DNA of 63,612 bases, counting the filler, from Reticulomyxa filosa (lineage: Eukaryota; Protista; Foraminifera): assembly GCA_000512085.1 (NCBI GenBank). It is 13 parts of 13 records of this genome, joined end to end, with 100 filler letters (N's around TTAATTAATTAA, not from the genome) between each part and the next. Parts side by side here need not be neighbours in the genome. Positions count along the whole stretch, not along the records: positions 11,224 to 23,601 come from ASPP01011666.1; positions 23,702 to 31,561 come from ASPP01005314.1; 11 more parts are not named here. One strand, written 5' to 3'. The position numbers were made by a program, and so were the translations under genes. Below, piece by piece: positions 11,929 to 23,783 of this stretch. Numbering within the stretch: position 1 is the stretch's first letter; each line of letters starts with the position of its first letter. The notes under the pieces are model-generated. The model saw only the letters and a list, made by a program, of their open reading frames with translations, was not told the DNA's origin and ran no database searches.

Positions 11929-13542
11929 TAAATACAACATTCCGCATATATCACTTAAACCAAGCAAAGATATAAATAAAAAAAGTAAAATAAATGTTTA
12001 ATAACAAAGAAATATAATGAAAAAAAAGTTAACATCAACTTAGATTTTGATCAGACCTGTTGATATCACAAAGCATCTAGATTCAATAAAGAAAATAATA
12101 TTTCAAAATTCTAATAAGTAAATACATAGTGTAGTTTGTTCTTACTATATTGTTGGCTGTTTTTTCGACATTTCATTACTGTTTTTGATTAACGTTTGAT
12201 AGATGTTGCAAGTTAGCGTAGACAATATAAGATGATGTGAACTAATTGTTTGCATTGCAGTCGCTTGACTCCAAATAGATTACACATTTATATGAACTAA
12301 AATAGTATTGACTATACTAGCTCTAGTATCTGATGACTAGCAATATGTCATGTGATTAATATATATTGATATGATCTTCTGGATCTATCATATTGTCTAA
12401 TGTTATTTCAATTTTGATCATTTCAAACGTCGAGTAACTGCATTTGTTTATATTATTGTTTGCGCTTTGCAAGTTTTGTTCTTTTTGTTTATTATCTTTA
12501 CTTTGATACATACAATCGCACTTACAAGCATTTGTTCGTTGGAATAATTGTAGTTTGATATTACAATGATTTTTGCTATCGTTACTGCATTTTATCATTT
12601 TGTTTCTATTACTTTGTTTTTTTTCAATTATTGTTGTTCCTATATTTGTTTGAATGAAATTATCTTTATGATTAATAATTTAATACATAAAAGATAATGT
12701 ATTGTTAAATGATTCGTCATATCACAATATTTTGGCCAGTTCGCAAGCTTTTTCTCTTTGCGCTAAAATTGTTGTTAGACATTTAGCCTTAAATCAAGTA
12801 CAACGAAAAAAAATATAATGCTAAATTCTTACTCTTTATTCAGGCAATGTAATTGCTATCTTATAACAGAAAATTTGACCCAAATAGCAAAATATAGTAT
12901 ATACTTTTACGCTCCTGATCTTGGTATATCACTATTTGAATCATTTGCGTGCAAACTACGTATGCATATTACTGCGTACAAAGTAAAAGAAGAAGTTATC
13001 TTGTACGTGTAACAGCCAATCGTTGTATGCTCCACAATATGTTCATACTCACGCTGAAGTTCGTTCATGTCACTCGATGATTGTGTAACTCTAACATGTT
13101 ATCCTCTTCCACGTCAAAGAAGAATATCGATTATATCAGTCGAATATCTAAAGCTTTTTCGAGGTACCCTTTTATGTTGGTTGCAGCAGTTAAACTAAAA
13201 CTTAGTTAACGTGTATTTTGTGTTTCAAGTTATAACTTCTATGCTTGTTCTTAAATTTATATTTCTGCAGCCCGAAATATATCGTAGCTGGGATCAGTCG
13301 TATGAAACATTGCAAAAACTGAAATTTGAAAAATAAGAAATAATGTTTATCTTTAGTTATTTTTGAGTAGCTACAATTTGTTAGTCGTATGACATCATGT
13401 ACAATTGACAGATAAAGTGATATTCTCTGACAGCATGTCTGTGCCTAGAAGACAGCCTATTGATCCAAAAGTTGTTTAAATCTTCAAGTATTGATTAGAA
13501 GCAGTTGACAAGTTACACAACGGAAACATTAAAAAAATTGTT

Positions 13543-16500
13543 TCACTGCTTGACTCCAACGATTTCTAATAATGGCTTTTGTAACACCTGCTGGTCATTG
13601 AATTGTTTGGCCAACCATTGCAACCCTTCGGTGATATTTGCTGATGTCGTTGTACCTGAAAGTGTGACTTGTGTCATAAAGATTTCTCTGCCCAAAAAAA
13701 AATTGATCAAATTCAATCTCTCGAAAACTTCGTCTGGTGACATTGCCGATAGCGACAAATCTCCGTGGGTCAAGACAATTAGAAGTGGAATCGAACTCGA
13801 TATTTCTGGGCTTTCAAGCACGTTTGCCAACTCTTCCTTGGCTATGCGATTTATTACAAAAGTTGTTCTCTCGATTTATTTCTTCCTTTTCACATTAAAA
13901 ACAGATTTTTATATTACCTGTGGATATTCTCTCACGGTCCGTGCAGTCAATAACCCATATCAATGCTTTGATGTCCTGAGTGTGAAAGAGCACATGTGGT
14001 GTTTGTTATTCGCGCAAAGATTATCGATCAATGGAAATGTTGCAAACCTCAAAGTAGTGTTTCCACAGCGATCGAATTGTATCTCTGTTGCGCAAACATG
14101 TAAAATGCACGATATACGATTGTTGTATGCTAAAGCGTACAAAATGCAACAAATAGACAGAGTTTTTCTTTGTGATGATGTATTTACAAAGAACTGTCCA
14201 CCAATATCCCAAATGGAGAAAATCACTGTGGTTGTTTGTTGGCCGCTTTCATCCAACTTTTCGACCGATATCTCTTCACAATTGAATCCAATTGTGGGTG
14301 TTGTCCATAATGGAGTGCCATCCCTGGTCATGATATGCTATCACAACAAAAAAAAGGAAACTGTTCTATAGTTGATGTCCTTTGATAACATAAGGACAAA
14401 AAAGCAAACCTTCCATTGATACAATAGAGATGTCTTTCCACTGCCGTCTAGTCCCAACATCAAGACTTTGTTCATTACACGTTTGTTGGTCTCTTTAGGA
14501 CTGAGAAAGAGAAACAGATCAGCAAACTCCGTCCAATCAAATTCGGTGTCATTTTGTGCCCGTTCATTCCATTGCAATATTTTGTCTATGTTGTATATAT
14601 ATTTTGATGGAATTCTGTGAATCAATGTATCATTCGTGTTCGTTGAAGCGGAAAGGACATAACATCTTGGACTTGAATCCTGAATGTCTTTCATTTCGAA
14701 ATCGTTGAAAGAGCTTTTCACAGACGCATATGTCGCGATGAATTGACGAAATGACTCATTGAACGCGGTGCAGCACGTTATCAAATGATGAAACTGTGTG
14801 CATTTGTCATGAAAATCTGACAGCAGACTTGCCAATTGGATTGCCAACGACTTATATATATATATGTATATATATGTATATATATATATATATACATATA
14901 TGCATATTGACATGGGTATGCATTCATTTGTGTTCAAACAATTTTTTTTAAAAAAAATAAATAATAAACTGTTTTGCCGTCATCGCGAGAAGCATCATCC
15001 AGACCAAGGACTTCCCACCCTGTGATATCCTTTGAAACAAGCAAACAAAGCGTTGTGGATCAAGTGATTTGGAAAGACAAAGAGCCCGACCTTTACATAA
15101 ATACATCGCAAATGAACGCAATATTGGCTCAAACATTGCAATATATCGCCAAAGGTTTCACCGTAAATGGGCTTAGGGATGACAAGGACTTGCAGCTGAG
15201 GCATTCGAGATAACAACAGCAATATGCCTTCCGCTATCCCAATGTCCGATAGTCTGTTGTAATTATAGTGTGTTGCAAGAACAATGTTCATTTTCATGCA
15301 AACACACACATACATACACAAATATACTTGACCTCGGTTCATTGAAAACCAAAGCGACATTTTGAAATTGGAAAGACGGATTTTCGACAACAAATTGTGT
15401 CCATTTGTCCGTTTGTTTGAAAATAGACTCTGCCAATGATATCATTCGACAATGACTAATCGCCTGCAAATATTCCCAAGAAGATGTTCCGATACCAATG
15501 GTCGAATCCAACTCCAACCATTTCAAGCTTTTCAATTGTTTCAATGAATTCCAACACTTTGCGTTTTGAACAGATATCAATCCGAGAGATCTTATGTCCA
15601 AAGTCTTTCATTTTATTCATCGCACATACACACCCCAAAGTCATGACATAGGGAAGACAACAGCCACATACAAATGAAATCAACTTGTAATGATTTGGCG
15701 TGTGTTGCAATCAAATGCAAATGAAAAGAGAACTCTTCAAACGGAGATGCCAACAAAGGGATTTCACCGTTTGACAAAAAGTAGTTTTTGAACGCCCGTT
15801 CGTTGTCGGCTTCCTCCAAATGGATTTCCAGTTTTTCAAATATTTGCCGGTATGCTGCAAAAATGTTTTGTAAAATAGCAATGGCACTTGCGAAGTATAA
15901 AACGCAAAAGTGGAGAATGTGAAGGGGCTGTAAATCAGGTTGTACATGTCTCTGCATATGCACGTTAACGTGCATATTCGTTCACGAGTTTCCAGATGAT
16001 TAAAAATCTTTGACCACACTACTTCTGGAATTTTTGAAAAATTGTCCAATTGCTCTTGCTGCTCATTGCAAACTATTCAAGCCAACGTTTTGTTTTTGTC
16101 ATTCTCTTTCTTTTTGAGATGTATAGATTAAAAACCGTTTTTAACTGGATCTGGGCTCAGTCCAAAGCCTTCACAAAACTCGTGATAAAGATGAAAGCGA
16201 TTATGCCCTATTGCATCCTTCACAAACTTGGTCACGTAGTTCTTTAGAATTTGTCGGCTAAACTTAGCCGAAAAACTTGTTTGTACTAATGATAATGAAC
16301 ACTGTTGATCTAAAGTGCACGCATTGATAACTTCTTCATCACTTGATGCATCAATAAGTTGACGTAATCCATATCGAAATACAATGCTCATGGTCGGTTT
16401 CCCACAGACAGGTTCCACTTTTCTTCCTATCTATGTTCTTTCTTTTTTTTAATATCCAATATTGTCAACAAATTTTATTGATATCATTTTTAATAATACA

Positions 16501-16584
16501 GTAGCTTTCAACAGAAAAAAAATGTAAAATATAAACAACAAAAATTACTAATCCAAAAGGGCCCTGAAAAGGGCCTAATCCCAT
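13543..16584 (-). CDS. F-box + LRR-like + C-terminal ARF-family GTPase fusion (11 exons, one apparent 1-nt homopolymer frameshift near 15832-15836)
   Basis: F-box FSKIPEVVWSKIFNHL...LTCICRDMYNL; LRR-like LKSLKWLEL, MPQLQVLVI, CVHLRCIYV; ARF motifs VLMLGLDGSGKTSLL, TTPTIGFNCEEI, WDIGGQDTIRSLWKHYF, LIWVIDCTDRERI, EGLQWL. Ten GT-AG introns all join in phase. The first exon (MGLGPFQGPFGL) is less certain. Confidence 0.75.
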
Positions 16585-18294
16585 TTTTTTATTTTTTTAT
16601 GTATAATCATCTAAGCTGTTTTGCTAGTTTCAAGCTTTCTGTCTTTTTTTGTTTAATTTCTCGAATGTTGAGACGTCACATGATCAAACAAGCTAAAGAA
16701 TATCACATTTAGTTAAGTGTATTATTTTTTTTTGACATTGTTATTATTCAGAGTTTTTTCATTTTCTTTTCTTAGATTCTAAAATTTTATTATTGTTCTA
16801 AATACCAAATGATAAATATTGATAACATTTATGTTTTGAAATGTTGCTAATATGAATTTTTCCAACAACACGAACATCAAAAAGTACTTATTAATTCAAA
16901 TTATAATAAACAAAAAAACAATACTTTGTTAAAATATTTATTGTATCTTTCAGGCAAAAAAACATTTTACAACACTTTTATAAGTTATTCGTTTTGAGAC
17001 TTTCACGTTGCTAAAAGCTGTCTTAAAAAGTTAATTATTGTCAACTAACAGAATTGTAAATTCAAATGAATAGATTAGTTTGGTGATTTATCAGGTGCCA
17101 GTCCTTAACAAATAAGGATCGTAACTCAGTATACATTTTTTTTAAACATTTAAATTTGATACTTTTTTTAAACAAGACTTTCTTGAATAAGTACCCCAAA
17201 AATACATTACCTTTGCAAATTTTGACAAATTTAAAAAATAAGCAAAATTCTTGTTGTCAATAAGGGTGGTAAGTACAACTAATTTTTTTTCACCCGTAAA
17301 AACGCACATGAAAAAAAGGTTTCAATACGCTCAACCGCACTTTTACCAATTATCTATTTTCAAAAACACAAAAATTTGAAATATTTTTGAGATTAGAAAC
17401 TCATTCCTATTATCGTTGCCCATTATAAGCACTAAAAGCCAGGGCGTGGCCAGCATTGACCACCCACGAACAAAAAAACAGAACAATAATTAAAATTAAC
17501 TTGCTATGTGCCCACAATTCTTTAATTTAAGAAAAACAAGAGTCTCAGCCCAGTCTGTTCACATAAATATCAAACTTTTTCTTTCTTTTTATACGTCACA
17601 AAAAAAAAAACAAATTTAACTGGTCAATAGCTGCACAGGTCAAACTTTTAATATGAAAACAAAAGATGGCTCGTACAAACATCTGTTCATACAAAAACCC
17701 TTTCCTTTAGTTTCTTGCTTTTGTATCCGAAACACAAAAAATTTCAACAAGTTTCAGAATTAGTTTTTTCTTCAGTGTACTCAGAAAAGACTAATCTTAA
17801 TTCATCAGTTTGTTTATTTTTTTTAAAATACTTTTCTCCTTACCAGAAGAGCATTTAACAACGTTTAATATTAACATAAGCTCAACCTAAAGAACAACAC
17901 AAAGCTTGATCACCCCCTTTTTCGTAGTTTTTCTGTCAGTTGTGAACAAAAGTGGGACTTTCTTTGCATAAAAATAGTTCCATTTAATGTAATTTTATGG
18001 ATCCAATATTTGAGATTTGATTTTTCAAAAACCATCAAAGTTAGGGTGCATTGCAAACTGTAGGATGTAAATTAAAAAGTTAAATGGGAAAAAACAGCTG
18101 ATGACCCGTCAATGGCAGTCTGCTTTTTAATGGTGAAAGCGGATATATTTGTAAGGTATGTTAAGTAGTCGTGAATGACCCCAAATAAACGAGAACACAA
18201 AGCATAACTCTCAAGAATTAAACAAAATGCTTTTGTGGAAAACATGAAATGAATTGATTTAGTCGATAAACAATTTTACGTTTGCTCCATTTAA

Positions 18295-18980
18295 TTACAA
18301 TGATTTAGTCATACACACGAGACCACATTTGGAAATTTTTTCCTGAAAATTGAGTGGTGTCACTATTTGCGCGTGCAATATATCGCAACAAACATATACA
18401 TATATTATCATGTATGCATTTGAAAATGCTCCCAGAAAAAGGGATACAAAAATATATGTGAACTTGGTGCAATTGAAGTTCTGCGCCTCGGAAGTATACA
18501 GTGCACAATGACAGGACAAATTACGAGAAGAGTACAACAACGCAGCAGCGGTGGAATCGAATTTTTGCATGCACATGTTTTCACAAGCCGTCAGATTTGC
18601 AGCAGTTTGAGAACTCAACACACAATAATCTTCCAGTATTGCTTTTATCCCTAACGAATACAGGTTTCCTGAGGTGTTCATCCATACTACACGAACACAA
18701 GAGTGTTCACATAATGTATCAATTTTATTTTTTTACAAATGAACGAGACGAAAGAAAAAACATTAAAAAAGTGTTTTTCTTCTGAACGGTCTCCATAGTA
18801 GCCGAATGCACAGGGTTTGTAGCATGAATACGGAGGGGAAGATACTACCATTGCTACAACGACAACGGTCAGCGAGGCTAATATTATACCTCCGATAATC
18901 CAATAGATCAAATATTTTCTTTTTTGTATCTTTTTTGTTGTGTCTTCTTGCATGCTTGATGACAGTACTTCTTCTTTCAT
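18295..18980 (-). CDS. Type II single-pass membrane protein with Cys-rich (PAN/apple-like) ectodomain; further exons likely downstream
   Basis: Basic patch followed by hydrophobic helix YLIYWIIGGIILASLTVVVVAMVV, then ACENMCMQ...SCHCALY. Confidence 0.5.
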
Positions 18981-19308
18981 GATCTTTCTTTTATATTGAT
19001 CAAGATGAATTATTTATTTTTTTTATTTTTTCAGATCCCGTATTACGTTCATACTTAGCACTATTGTTACACAAAAAAAAGTTTGCAACATTTGCGCCCA
19101 ATGAAAAACTCAATGAAAAAGATGTCTTGTATGAAAATAATCTTCAGCGCGTAATCAAATTTGATGAAAATGTATGATTGCTCTATTGTTCAAAAACAAA
19201 AATATACGCAATGCGGGAGTAAGATTTATGATTGTTTTTGCACTAGCACTTTAATATCGATTGGCTATCAAGTGCAAGCAAGTGAAGAAGGAACAACAAA
19301 AATAAATA

Positions 19309-22300
19309 TTAAACAAAAAAAAAAAAAAAAATGGCTATATTGGACCAGAACGAAAAAGTATTAGAGATTGAGAAAAAAAAAAACAAAATTACAAAGTTTG
19401 ATGTCGTGTCAATAAAGCGTGAACCTCCTCCGAGACACCAAAGCGATAAGCCATTCCCACTGGCGTTTCTGGTGTCTTTTGTCAAAACAAACGCAAATTT
19501 GTCCGTTGAGGATGAGCCCATTTAAAAAAAACAAACACAAACTGTTACCAGTGATCGGTCTGGTTCATCTAGCAATTCATTCCAAATAGTTTCAGGCATT
19601 TTCGAGCGCAAACATAACAAGTTATCAAATTCATTGTATTTGGAGTTACTCAAGCTCAAATGCAACATATTCAAGCCTTCAATGTTATGTTCATCCTGTC
19701 CGTAAGAGCACAGAGACAAACACAGTTGACAATATGAAGCGAACAAGCGGACAAAGTAAAACAAACATTGGTGGTCATTTTCCAAAATGAAGTATCGTGA
19801 TACTTTGGGGTCAATAGTAGCATGATATTTTCGTCCATCTCTGGGGACAAGAATAGCGCAACCATTAACGGTGTGAGGCCCTTCTGTACAGTTTTTCAGG
19901 CAAAAAGCACACGAGTGTATGCATGTATACGTAAAAGTGTGCGTATGGACAAACACAGCAAACCTGATCAGTTGTGAGAAGCAATCTCTGCCAGCAATCC
20001 TGTGGCATGAAAGCCTGTAACACTTTCAAACGAGACAATACATTTGGAAACGATTTTTCACACAATATGTGGAGCAATGTGGCTCCATCCTATCCATTTC
20101 AACAGCAGCAAAACATAAATATGTCCAAAAAAAAAAAAAAAAAAAAAAACGGAACATGGCACAAACGTAACTCCCGTGTCTTTCACCTCCCAAAAAGATA
20201 CGTTTTGTTGAAAGTCCTGAGGGAGAAGCATTCGCACATCATCTTCAAAGAGCTGTGATTGATCGCAAACTGTATCCATCAATGGCGTGAATCCGGCCTA
20301 TTGTGTGTGTGTGAGCAGAACACGTATACGTATGTGCCACACATTTGATACGTATGTTTGCATCCCTTGTGAAGTAACTCTTGTTTCTTGCATTCGAATG
20401 AAATACTCCCATCTATTTTGATCGCGAATATTCTCTTTCAGCAACTGCAATATCGAGGATAGAGGTACTTTGGTATTTCTTACGCCAAATGCAATCGTCG
20501 ATAGTTGATCCTTTTTGCCAACATCACAAAGCAAATGACAAGGGGATACCAGAAATAAATAATGAGGGACAAACAGGAGAAAAAAAAAAAAAAAAAATTG
20601 TTGACAAAGACGGCCAAACATCAGTGATTGCGTGCCACACAATTCTGGCGTGATCAGGATCGGAAGGGACGAAGAGCTTGATGGACTGAATATCCGATTG
20701 CTTAACCAAAGCTGACATCAAAGGATAGGTCCCGGTAGAGTCAGTTTGCATCAACTGTTGTTGCACAACATCCAATGGAATCAAATGTCCTGTTTGCAAC
20801 ATGTTCTTCACAAAGCCAAAGCTTAGTTGAGAGTTTTTTGCCATTTGCATAACAAAGTTTGCTCTTTCATCACTTGCATTCAGAAGAGATGAGGATGAGG
20901 AGGAAGATTGAGAAAATAGAACGCTTCGAAATTGATTGGGGAAAAACAACATCAAATCGGCAATGAGTGGGGGATGCCAAGACACGACTTGCAATTGAAA
21001 ATCAAAAGAAAATTGCTGCATGATATTTGGACGCAAATAGTTATCGAGGAAAGATGTTCGCTGTAAAATACGGAGAAAAGGGAGTTGCAGTTGCTGCAAA
21101 TCTTTGGCGAATTGCAATACAAATTGCACTTCTGTGACAATGCTTTCGTTATCTTTTGTAACCAATAAATTGACTTTGATACTATTGCTTGTGCGTCTGT
21201 GCTTGCACTTGTGCTTGTGATTGGAATCATTTGCAAACCCATTTTTCAAACGGACAATTTGAAATATATTACGATTATGTTTGGATTGAATGACCTCCAT
21301 CCAATATTTCAGACCTTGCAGCAAATGGGTAATGTCAACAAACACAACTCGACATCGCAAAATGTCTACAAGACACGCGGAGGTAAGGTAATCGCTAACG
21401 TGTCCATGTGGAAAGCGGGTCGATACTTTGTTTTTGCATTTGAGACAAGTGGGAATATCACCTTGCTCAAAAGTGCATCCAAGACAATCTTTGAAAATAT
21501 TTTTCATTTCAAGTTGAAAAAACTCATTCATATGATGAGCCCGAATTAACAGCCGGTTTAAATATACATCCACGTCGTATATATGCTTCGGATGAAATGT
21601 TACATCTTCACTGTCCATGGCCATATAATACAATTCGGATTTGGGTATATACGAATGCAATCCAAATTCATCTTCGTCTTGTTTCCAAAATTGGATATAT
21701 TCCTTGTTCTCTGCATTCCATTCAAAAGATTGTAATTGCTGATACTCTTTTGCAAATTTCGTCTTTTCCAAATCCATTTGTTTCTCCAGTTCTTGGTTTA
21801 TTTTTTCAATTTGCATTTCACAAATGTCTTTAATATCATCCAATCCGCCCCACTCTTTTCTTTCATTCTTATTCTCATTCTCAGTGTTACTCTTGCTCTC
21901 CATTTGTTTTTGCTGTTGCTGCTCTGGCCAAAGCAGCAGACTCGGATTGAAAATGAAATATTCATCCATCCATTTGTAATCGTGGATATTTTTGTATAGA
22001 TGCACGCTTTGCAATATATCTTTACACTTTTGAAACCACACTTCGCTCCACATGGTATTTTGCGGATCATGCAACCAACATAAATTCAACATATCCACAC
22101 TTATGGGCTTTCCATCTTTGATCACTTTTGTCATTGTCTTAAACAAGCTGTTCATTGTAATCGACAGCTCCATGCTCGTTGTTTGTGCTTTCATATATTC
22201 CAACATCACTTCACATTTATTTCGCTCTTGCATTTGTGTTTGTCCATATTCTCTCATATCTTTTTCTTGCTTATTTTTTATCGATCCACTTGTCAGATAT

Positions 22301-23003
22301 TGCAACAACACATTCCGTGCTCTCAAGTTTTCGCATTCTATCGCTGTGCTCAATGCGTCTTCAAATACCTCCTTATATTCATCTTGTCGTATCACTTCTG
22401 CTTCCAATACATAACGTATCCATTTTACATCATGATGATACGCTCTTACTAAATGACTCAGTAAATATTTCTTTTTTCCCAAAAAAAAAAACCAAAAAAC
22501 AAAGATAAAACTTTAATATGCTTTAACGTCCTTTTTTTTAACCTTGATAATGTCTGAATTGAAACTTTCTGTTCCAAATTATTTGCTGGTGATATTTTTG
22601 TAAGATATCAACAAATAACGTCTCTTTTTTTTGGAATGCGCATAAACACAAATAATTACTGATTTCATCCTTTTTTTTTTTATTGTTGATGTGACTTTCT
22701 TTTTTCATTCTTTCCCTGTTTGTTTTTTTGGTTCTCAAAACTGATTTTTCATTTTTGTCAATAATTTCGTCAATTAAACGGGCTTGTTCATCAAATGCCT
22801 AATCTCGTACAATCGAAAGTTTATTTTTTTTTGTTCTTGGGAAATATGACAATTGTTTCAATGTAGAAATACAATGAAAAATAATAAAGATTAACAAAAA
22901 CTTCAAACCAGGGCAGATATTCCATCTTTTTCCTTTGACAGTTTTTTTTAGGTTTTTGAGGTGTGGATATTTGAAGAGCAGACATACTTACTTCCATTTC
23001 CAT
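19309..23003 (-). CDS. Large protein with a degenerate RelA/SpoT-like nucleotidyltransferase domain and C-terminal ankyrin-like repeats (ends approximate)
   Basis: 652-aa exon containing LVDILRCRVVF, IVRLKNGF, IKVNLLV, IVTEVQF. Later exons carry ANK-like GTYPLMSAL, AGFTPLMDTV, DGATLLHILCE, KGLTPLMVALF and GLNMLHLSL. Confidence 0.6.
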
Positions 23004-23601
23004 TCAAGATACACAACAATATTTGTCCCTTATTGTTTTCAAAATTTTGTCCCAAATTATTCAAAAAACGATATTCACCACTTATAATCAACAAAATACA
23101 TTAAAAAATAACATTCAGCTCAAAAAATTTCCTGAAACCGGTTTTTTGTTTAAAAAAAGCAACTAAACGAGATGACATTAAACATCAAATTGATTGCGTT
23201 GTTACAATTTTTAAATAGACGCAAAAAATTATTTTGAAAGTAGAAGAATATAATTTATTATAACGTAACTGCTAATATACAAAATATCAAGCTTAATTTT
23301 CAATTTTTAAATTTAATTTTAGCTTTTGTTTTATTGACATACAATTCAGAATTTTTTGTATCCACTTATGTAACAAACAAGTAAAAAAATTATTGAAGTT
23401 CTGAATTATTGTCAGATTGTAAGAACGAGTTATTACCTGTTCAAAGTATAATATAAAGATGATATATCGTGCAAATTTCAACAAAACAAAAAACACAAAG
23501 AAAGGAATCAAGCAAAAAATACAGTAGGTTGCAAAGAAAACTGAACGCCTAAAACGATATCATATGATGATAATTGATTTTCTCCATGAAAAATCAATTA
23601 T

Positions 23602-23701
23602 NNNNNNNNNNNNNNNNNNNNNNNNNNNNNNNNNNNNNNNNNNNNTTAATTAATTAANNNNNNNNNNNNNNNNNNNNNNNNNNNNNNNNNNNNNNNNNNN
23701 N
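23602..23701. other. Artificial contig spacer
   Basis: N44-TTAATTAATTAA-N44. Confidence 0.98.
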
Positions 23702-23783
23702 TTTTTTTTTTTTTTTTTACATTTACACACATAAATGAATAAATAAACATACGTATAAACATATATATACATGTATACAAAAG

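Noticed and set aside
11224-13450. Short ORFs as functional genes
   Set aside because: Stop-interrupted AT-rich remnants without assignable motifs; probably decayed repeats or pseudogenes, but this cannot be supported by eye.
13505-14371. 288-aa + strand ORF
   Set aside because: Antisense shadow of the ARF exons and introns, with no recognisable motifs.
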